The translations under genes were made by a program, and so were the position numbers. The notes beneath the pieces are model-generated. The model was not told the origin of the DNA. It saw only the letters and a list, made by a program, of their open reading frames with translations, and did no database searches. A stretch of 19,561 bases of DNA from Candidatus Hydrogenedentota bacterium (GTDB lineage Bacteria > Hydrogenedentota > Hydrogenedentia > Hydrogenedentales > SLHB01), in NCBI GenBank assembly GCA_029974275.1, contig JARKSN010000219.1:1-19561 (forward strand). Direction: 5' to 3'. Every line of letters starts with the position of its first letter. The stretch's first letter is position 1. Below are positions 1 to 5,708 of this stretch, piece by piece.

Positions 1-15
1 AACGCCTTCAAGGAA

Positions 16-2118
16 ATGGACGACGTCCTTATCGAGATCGGCGTCGAGGAATTGCCTCACCACGACGTGAAAGAGGCCCTCGCCCAAGCGCCCGCCCTTG
101 CGGAAAAACTCCTCGATGACGCGGGCCTGCCCCACGGCGACGTCACGGTGCACGTTTCGCCGCGCCGCATCGCTGTCATCGTGAAGGACGTGCCCGCGCG
201 TCAACAGGACGTCCTGCGCGAAATGCGCGGCCCCAAGCGCGCTGCCGCAAAAACGCCCGACGGCGAATGGGCGGTCGCGGCGAGCAAGTTTGCACAGGCG
301 AACGGCGCCACGACGGAGGACATCTACTTCAACGACGTCAGCGGCGTCGAGTATTGCTTCGTGAAGATGCACCAGAAGGGCCGTCACATCAGCGACTTGC
401 TGCCGCAGGTGACGATGGGTCTTATCAAGGGCCTGCGCTTCGGCAAATCGATGGGCTGGGAAGACACCACCGTGACCTTCTCGCGCCCGGTGCGTTGGCT
501 GGTGGCGCTGCACGGGGCCAGCGCTGTGCCGGTCGCATGGAAATTGCGCGAAGGCAATGAGATCGGCGTGGAGCGTTATCTCGATTCCGGGCGTGTGACC
601 TATGGCCACCGTCGTCTCGCGCCTGGCGCAGTGGAAATCGCCGATGCGCGCGACTACGCACGTTTGTTGCGTGAACACTATGTGTTGGCCGACCGCGATG
701 AGCGGATGGCCGCCCTGCGCGAACGCGTCCAGAAGGTCTGCGCGGAACTCGACCTGCACACGTCGGCGGAAGACGAAGACGTGATGGACGAGATCTGCGA
801 CATCACCGAATGGCCCGAGCCGATCCTCTGCGAAATCCCGGAAGAAGCCCTCGTGCTGCCCGAGGAAATCATCATCACGCCGATGAAAGTGCATCAGCGT
901 TACATCCCATTGCGCACCCCCGACGGCAAGCTAAGCCGCAACTTCCTCGCGGTCGCGAACGGCGAGCACACCGAAGAAGGCCGCGCCATTATCCGCCAAG
1001 GCAACGAACGCGTCCTCAACGCGCGTCTGCGCGACGCCCGCTATTTCTGGGACACCGACACCAAACACTCGCTTGCGTTCTTCGCGGAAAAATTGACTAC
1101 GGTGATGTTCCACCAAAAACTCGGCACGCTTGCCGACAAGGTCGCCCGCATCAAGAATCTGTATGCGGCGTTGAAGCCGTATCTCCCCAAGGTGAACGAC
1201 GCCGAGATGGCACAGGCGATCGCGCTGATGAAGGCCGATCTTGCCACGCAAATGGTGTTCGAATTCTCCTCGCTCGAAGGCATCGTCGGCATGCTGTACG
1301 CCCGCAAGGAAGGGCTGCCTGAGCATATCGCGCGCGCGATCTTCGAGCATCGCCTGCCGCGCTACAGCGGCGACGCACTGCCCGGCGACAAGCTTGGCGC
1401 GGTGGCGGGTCTCCTCGATCGCCTCGACACGCTCGCGGGCTATTTCGGCATCGGCGTGCGCGTGAAAGGCACGAGCGACCCCTTCGGCCTGCGCCGCAAC
1501 GCGCTGGCTGTCCTGTCCGTCATTCGCGAACACCACATCGACGCGGAATTGGACCTGCTAATCGGCACGGCCATCGAACAATACGGCGCGCTCGTCGCCG
1601 ATCCCGCGCAGACCGCGTCGGACATCGCCACGTTTTTCATGGATCGCCTCAGCGCCATGACGCGCGACGAAGGCGTGGCGTACGACCGCGTCGCGGCAGC
1701 CTTGGCATCGCATGGACAACGCCCCTTGCGATTCCGCGCCTGCCTGGATGTCCTCACGGCGTTGGACGAGGAAAAGGTCCAAATGATCGCCGAGCAGGCA
1801 AAACGCCTCGTGCGCATCATCAGGGAAAAAACCGACCGCGTCGATCCCGCGCTCCTCGAAGATGCCGAAAAAGCCCTCTATGCCAAGTGCAGCGATCGTA
1901 GTCAGGCCCTCCAGCAATGGGTCGCGCGCCGAGAGTTCACGCAGGCCTTCGACGAACTCAACGTGTGGGCGCCGGTCATCGCGAAGTATTTTGAAGACGT
2001 CATGGTGAACGCCCAGGACGACACGCTGCGTCGCAATCGTCACTCGCTGCTCCAAATGACGCTCGATGCCATCCGAACCGTGGCCGACATGACCGCAATC
2101 GAAAAGCGCGAGGTATAG
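16..2118 (+). CDS. glyS: Glycyl-tRNA synthetase beta subunit (5' end may lie outside the window; possibly the beta half of a fused GlyQS)
   Basis: Motifs IEIGVEELP, SPRRIAV, FSRPVRWLVAL, GNERVLNARLRDARYFW, KADLATQMVFEF, SDPFGLRR and C-terminal VMVNAQDDTLRRNR. The frame is open from base 1 to the ATG at 16. Confidence 0.95.
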   Translation: MDDVLIEIGVEELPHHDVKEALAQAPALAEKLLDDAGLPHGDVTVHVSPRRIAVIVKDVPARQQDVLREMRGPKRAAAKTPDGEWAVAASKFAQANGATTEDIYFNDVSGVEYCFVKMHQKGRHISDLLPQVTMGLIKGLRFGKSMGWEDTTVTFSRPVRWLVALHGASAVPVAWKLREGNEIGVERYLDSGRVTYGHRRLAPGAVEIADARDYARLLREHYVLADRDERMAALRERVQKVCAELDLHTSAEDEDVMDEICDITEWPEPILCEIPEEALVLPEEIIITPMKVHQRYIPLRTPDGKLSRNFLAVANGEHTEEGRAIIRQGNERVLNARLRDARYFWDTDTKHSLAFFAEKLTTVMFHQKLGTLADKVARIKNLYAALKPYLPKVNDAEMAQAIALMKADLATQMVFEFSSLEGIVGMLYARKEGLPEHIARAIFEHRLPRYSGDALPGDKLGAVAGLLDRLDTLAGYFGIGVRVKGTSDPFGLRRNALAVLSVIREHHIDAELDLLIGTAIEQYGALVADPAQTASDIATFFMDRLSAMTRDEGVAYDRVAAALASHGQRPLRFRACLDVLTALDEEKVQMIAEQAKRLVRIIREKTDRVDPALLEDAEKALYAKCSDRSQALQQWVARREFTQAFDELNVWAPVIAKYFEDVMVNAQDDTLRRNRHSLLQMTLDAIRTVADMTAIEKREV

Positions 2119-2154
2119 TCCGGTTTGCATTTTCGCATTGAGGGGTGAAAGACG

Positions 2155-3204
2155 GTGAGCCCGAAGAAGACTCGAAAGACCCAGCCGCCCACCCGTCAAC
2201 GCCGGTGGCACGCCGCCGATGCGACCTTCAGCGGAGAGCGTCGCCGGGAACGCAGCATGCGCCCCGAGGAAGGCTTCGCCGAGGCCGCGCAGGCATGCTT
2301 CGGGACGAATATCCAAACGAACGGCGTGGTCGTCTCCCCGTACGGCGTGTTGGCTTTCGTGAAAATCGGCGCCGTAGAGCGGCTGTGCGGCGTTGACGAC
2401 GCGCTGGTCGTGGGCAAGAATTCCGTATTGGCTCCCGGAGACGCCGTGCAGGTCGCGTTCGAAGGCGACAAGCCCTTCGTGCGCGGCGTTGCGACGCGCC
2501 GCACATGGCTGAGCCGGCTCGCCATAGGCCGCGTGCAAGAACAAGTCATTGCGGCCAACGTCGACGTCCTGCTCATCGTCACCGCCGCCGCGCAGCCCGC
2601 GTTCAAACGCGGACTCGTGGACCGATTTCTGATTGCCGCCCAGCATGGAGGCGTCGAGCCGGCGCTGTGCATCAACAAGATTGATCTCACCGGCGGCGTC
2701 ATCCCCGAGGCCGCTCGAACTTACCAAGAAACCGGCTTGCCAGTCTATTTGACATCCTGCACGACCCGGGAAGGCGTTCCGGACCTATGGCGCAGTCTCC
2801 GCGGCAAACGGGCCGTATTCGCCGGTCACAGCGGCGTAGGAAAGTCATCGCTCATCAACGCCTACGCCCCCGAACTCGCAATCGCCACCCAGACCATCAG
2901 CAACAGCAACGAAAAAGGAAAACACACCACCACCCAATCCCGCATTTATTCCTTGCCGGGCGGCATCCAGGTCATCGACACGCCCGGCATCCGTCAACTG
3001 GGCCTTTGGGGCGTCTCCAAGGAAGAATTGCACCACTATTTCCCCGAGATGGAACGCTTAGCCGGAAACTGCCGCTTCCGGAATTGCTCCCATGTGCACG
3101 AACCCGGCTGCTCGGTTCTCGAAGCGCTGGAAAGCGGCGAGCTCTCTCGGTTACGCTATGCCTCGTATCTCCGGATACGAGAGAGCCTCGATCCTGTCCG
3201 GTGA
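2155..3204 (+). CDS. rsgA: Ribosome small subunit-dependent GTPase A (circularly permuted GTPase)
   Basis: IAANVD, NKID (G4), GHSGVGKSS (G1), GKHTTT (G2), DTPG (G3) and Zn finger CRFRNCSHVHEPGC. GTG start with GAGGGG about 9 nt upstream. Confidence 0.95.
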   Translation: MSPKKTRKTQPPTRQRRWHAADATFSGERRRERSMRPEEGFAEAAQACFGTNIQTNGVVVSPYGVLAFVKIGAVERLCGVDDALVVGKNSVLAPGDAVQVAFEGDKPFVRGVATRRTWLSRLAIGRVQEQVIAANVDVLLIVTAAAQPAFKRGLVDRFLIAAQHGGVEPALCINKIDLTGGVIPEAARTYQETGLPVYLTSCTTREGVPDLWRSLRGKRAVFAGHSGVGKSSLINAYAPELAIATQTISNSNEKGKHTTTQSRIYSLPGGIQVIDTPGIRQLGLWGVSKEELHHYFPEMERLAGNCRFRNCSHVHEPGCSVLEALESGELSRLRYASYLRIRESLDPVR

Positions 3205-3242
3205 ACCTGCAACGACGCGGGCTTTCTCGGCAAGGGTTTGTG

Positions 3243-3248
3243 TATAAT
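3243..3248 (+). promoter_or_regulatory. Putative sigma70 -10 element for the response regulator gene
   Basis: Perfect TATAAT in a GC-rich intergenic gap, 40 nt upstream of ATG 3289. RBS TAAGGA at 3274-3279. No convincing -35. Confidence 0.5.
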
Positions 3249-3288
3249 GGCGCTGGACGCTGGGATGCCATCATAAGGATTATCGCGC

Positions 3289-4221
3289 ATGAGTAAGGTT
3301 CTGCTTGTGGATGACGACGTGGATTTAGCCGAACTGGTCAAGACAAAGCTGGCCGCCGAAGGGCATCAGGTCATGACCATCCATTCGGGGGAAGGGGCGT
3401 TCGAGCTGGCAAAACAGGTCAAGCCCCATATCGCCCTGCTCGACATCATGCTTCCCGGCGTGACGGGATACCAGATTTGCCGTCGAATCCGTAAAGACCC
3501 GGAACTCTACCGCACCGCCATTCTTATTTTGACGGCTTTGGGCGAAGAGCCAGAAGTTCTCCACGGCCTTGAACAAGGCGCGGACGATTACCTGGCAAAG
3601 CCCTTCAAGCTCGACTATCTCATGGAAAAAATTCAGTCCTTGAACACCCTTTTGGAATCCATCGAGCGCCGGAATCCAGTGACCCAACTCCCCGGCACCG
3701 ACGCCATCAAACGCGAAATCAATCATCGCCTGGCGCGCGGCATGGCGATCGCCGCGTGTTACATCGACGTCTGCAGCTTCAAAGGATACTGCGCCGTCTA
3801 CAATCAACAGGGGCAACGGCATGTCTTGGAATTCATGGGCGCAATGCTCCGCCAACTTGCGCGCGATATGGGCATTTACGAAAGCTTCATCGCCCATCTT
3901 GGCGGTGAACATTTCGTGGTGCTGCTGAATCTGGAAGACTACGAACGGTACTGCGGCACACTGATGATGACGTTTGACCGAAACGTCCGCCAATTCTACT
4001 CCGAAAAGGAACTCGCCCAAGGGTACATCGTCGCCGTCGACAAACACGGCCGCGAAGTGCGATGCCCCTTGATGGCGCTCTCCATCGGCGTGGCGCATAC
4101 GCAATACCGGCAATACAAAAGCGCCAAAAAAATGTTCGAAGTATTGGCCCAGACCCGCCAAAAGGCCCAGCCAGACGGCAAAAGCGTCATGTTTGTCGAC
4201 CGGCGCCGTTCCGATCGGTAA
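3289..4221 (+). CDS. Response regulator receiver domain + degenerate GGDEF-like domain
   Basis: Receiver: VLLVDDD, LLDIMLP (phospho-Asp), ILTA, GADDYLAKPF. Output domain: NPVTQLPG, YIDVCSFK, AHLGGEHFVV, LSIGVA. Confidence 0.88.
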   Translation: MSKVLLVDDDVDLAELVKTKLAAEGHQVMTIHSGEGAFELAKQVKPHIALLDIMLPGVTGYQICRRIRKDPELYRTAILILTALGEEPEVLHGLEQGADDYLAKPFKLDYLMEKIQSLNTLLESIERRNPVTQLPGTDAIKREINHRLARGMAIAACYIDVCSFKGYCAVYNQQGQRHVLEFMGAMLRQLARDMGIYESFIAHLGGEHFVVLLNLEDYERYCGTLMMTFDRNVRQFYSEKELAQGYIVAVDKHGREVRCPLMALSIGVAHTQYRQYKSAKKMFEVLAQTRQKAQPDGKSVMFVDRRRSDR

Positions 4222-4229
4222 GCGCCCCC

Positions 4230-4670
4230 ATGGCCAGGCTTCTCCGCCTTCTCGCCGCGTTCTGTTGCATCGCAGGAGCGACGGCGTGCGCCCCAAGCGC
4301 GCCATCCGCGGAATTGACGGAACGCATCGCCCAGAGCCGCCCCCAGTGGCGGAACTACCAAGAAGACATCAAAGGTCAGATCGGCGCCGCATTGGCAGCG
4401 GAGTGGGAGGGGGCGCCCGTCGCCTTCCTGCAGGAAGACGCATCGCTGACTGTGCTGTTCGAAATATCCGGTCCCTGGAGCGCGCGCGATGCCGCCATGC
4501 CGGTCCTCATACGCGATCCCGCCGGACATGTGCTGCAAAACGAATCCGCCCGCCGTCAGGGAAACCGGGTGGCGTATGCGTTCTCCCTTCCAAGCGGAGC
4601 TTCCGGACCGCTGCCTTGGGTGGATGTACAATATCCTCACGGACAAAAAAGGCTGACAAACGCCCAGTAA
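4230..4670 (+). CDS. Hypothetical lipoprotein (146 aa)
   Basis: ATG 8 nt after the upstream stop. MARLLRLLAAFCCIAGATA-C has a basic N-region, hydrophobic core and lipobox-like ATAC, followed by a Pro/Ser/Ala linker. Start re-called from 4062 to 4230. Confidence 0.7.
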   Translation: MARLLRLLAAFCCIAGATACAPSAPSAELTERIAQSRPQWRNYQEDIKGQIGAALAAEWEGAPVAFLQEDASLTVLFEISGPWSARDAAMPVLIRDPAGHVLQNESARRQGNRVAYAFSLPSGASGPLPWVDVQYPHGQKRLTNAQ

Positions 4671-4738
4671 CCCACCCCCTCCAACGACTTTTCCGGCAGA
4701 ACCAGGGCAGGCGCCTGGAGTGGAATGGTCGATGAAAA

Positions 4739-4945
4739 CGCCCCTCGGTCAATTCCCCGCGAATGTTACGCTTCGTTCACATTTCCGCCATGGCCGTGTC
4801 ACCTAAACAAGGTACCGTATAGATACCACGAGGGCAATGGAGCCCCTGGGACTCCAAAGGGAAAACCCTAAGAGTCAGCCAACCCAGGCAGCCCTGTTCC
4901 CTCGTGGTTGGTTGTGAAAAGGGCATACCGTCTAACCGGGGGGTG
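4739..4945 (+). ncRNA. Candidate structured non-coding RNA of unrecognised family
   Basis: Nested complementary segments: 4825-4834/4899-4908 (10 bp perfect), 4845-4850/4883-4888, 4850-4854/4872-4876 and 4858-4861/4866-4869. Possible closing helix 4739-4749/4935-4945 (11 bp with 2 G-U). Lies between two convergent genes. Confidence 0.4.
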
Positions 4946-4948
4946 GCG

Positions 4949-4982
4949 CGGGCCCTCGACCTCCAGAAAGGTCGAGGGCCCG
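4949..4982. terminator. Perfect 14-bp GC-rich hairpin, possible bidirectional terminator or 3' stabiliser
   Basis: CGGGCCCTCGACCT-ccagaa-AGGTCGAGGGCCCG, 25 nt past the stop of the - strand gene at 5008. No U-tract on either side. Confidence 0.55.
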
Positions 4983-5007
4983 ATTCGTATGCAGACGTAG
5001 AGACAGC

Positions 5008-5694
5008 CTATTCGGCGAAGTGAAGATAGCCGAAGCGATCCGGCTGATGGAACTCAAATTTCTCGCCGATGGAAGACCAGGAACCCCAGTGCGGATGGGA
5101 ATTCTCGACGGCGCATTTGTTGAAGTTGGCGCGCCAGGTTTGCCCGGCGACCTTTCCGAGAGGGCCCATGTAGGCCTCGAACACTGCAAAGGGAATGAAA
5201 TATTCGAGATGCCACGTACACGGATCGGCAATTTCGGGATCAACCCGACGCGGCATTGTGCCAAATAATCGCACGGTGCGGCCGATTTCCTCGGATACCC
5301 GCTCGTATTGCTCAAAAGCATCGTCCTTGCGGGTGGGATCGACAATGTACTGCAACAAAAGACTCCCGCCGCAATTCATCTCGAAATTCATGTAACCTTT
5401 TTCAGGCTTTGGTTTTACGAAAAACTCGACGCAAGCGTCCTTGTACACGTGGCTCTGGTATTCCGTGTGCGTGCAGCGGACGTACCGGTCCTCCACGCGG
5501 AAAATTCCGTAAATGCCATCGTCATCGTAAACCGATTTCGCGTGCACCACGGGGTGATGGTCGCTGCTGGCCGCATGGTAGTGCGTCACGGCGAGCGGCT
5601 CCACGCTCTTCCACGCCGGCCCGTCCCATTGGCCATCCAAGCCCGGCTTCGTCGGCGCCCGGCGAATCGTGTATTCAGGCAACTCTAGCGACAT
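5008..5694 (-). CDS. Carbohydrate-binding family 9-like (DOMON-like) protein, no signal peptide
   Basis: LDGQWDGPAW, YDDDGIYGIF, VYKDACVEFF, YMNFEMNCGG, WHLEYFIPF, WRANFNKC and FHQPDRFG resemble CBM9-like sugar-binding proteins. RBS AGGGGAG in the 14-nt gap after the GH38 stop. Confidence 0.8.
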   Translation of the reverse strand: MSLELPEYTIRRAPTKPGLDGQWDGPAWKSVEPLAVTHYHAASSDHHPVVHAKSVYDDDGIYGIFRVEDRYVRCTHTEYQSHVYKDACVEFFVKPKPEKGYMNFEMNCGGSLLLQYIVDPTRKDDAFEQYERVSEEIGRTVRLFGTMPRRVDPEIADPCTWHLEYFIPFAVFEAYMGPLGKVAGQTWRANFNKCAVENSHPHWGSWSSIGEKFEFHQPDRFGYLHFAE

Positions 5695-5708
5695 CAGCTT
5701 GCTCCCCT

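Noticed and set aside
4837..4917. 26-codon ORF MEPLGLQRENPKSQPTQAALFPRGWL inside the RNA candidate
   Set aside because: The GAGG is too close to the ATG and buried in the stem, and the peptide is not hydrophobic like a type I toxin. Not excluded, but unsupported.
4785..4948. 6S RNA or SRP RNA identity for the structured region
   Set aside because: No SRP helix-8 motif (CAGG..GNRA..AGCAG). The lower stem needed for a symmetric 6S rod pairs poorly by eye. A covariance search is needed to exclude these fully.
4935..4960. GGGTGG before a hairpin, resembling a T-box antiterminator
   Set aside because: Lacks the UGGNACC consensus, and there is no downstream + strand gene.
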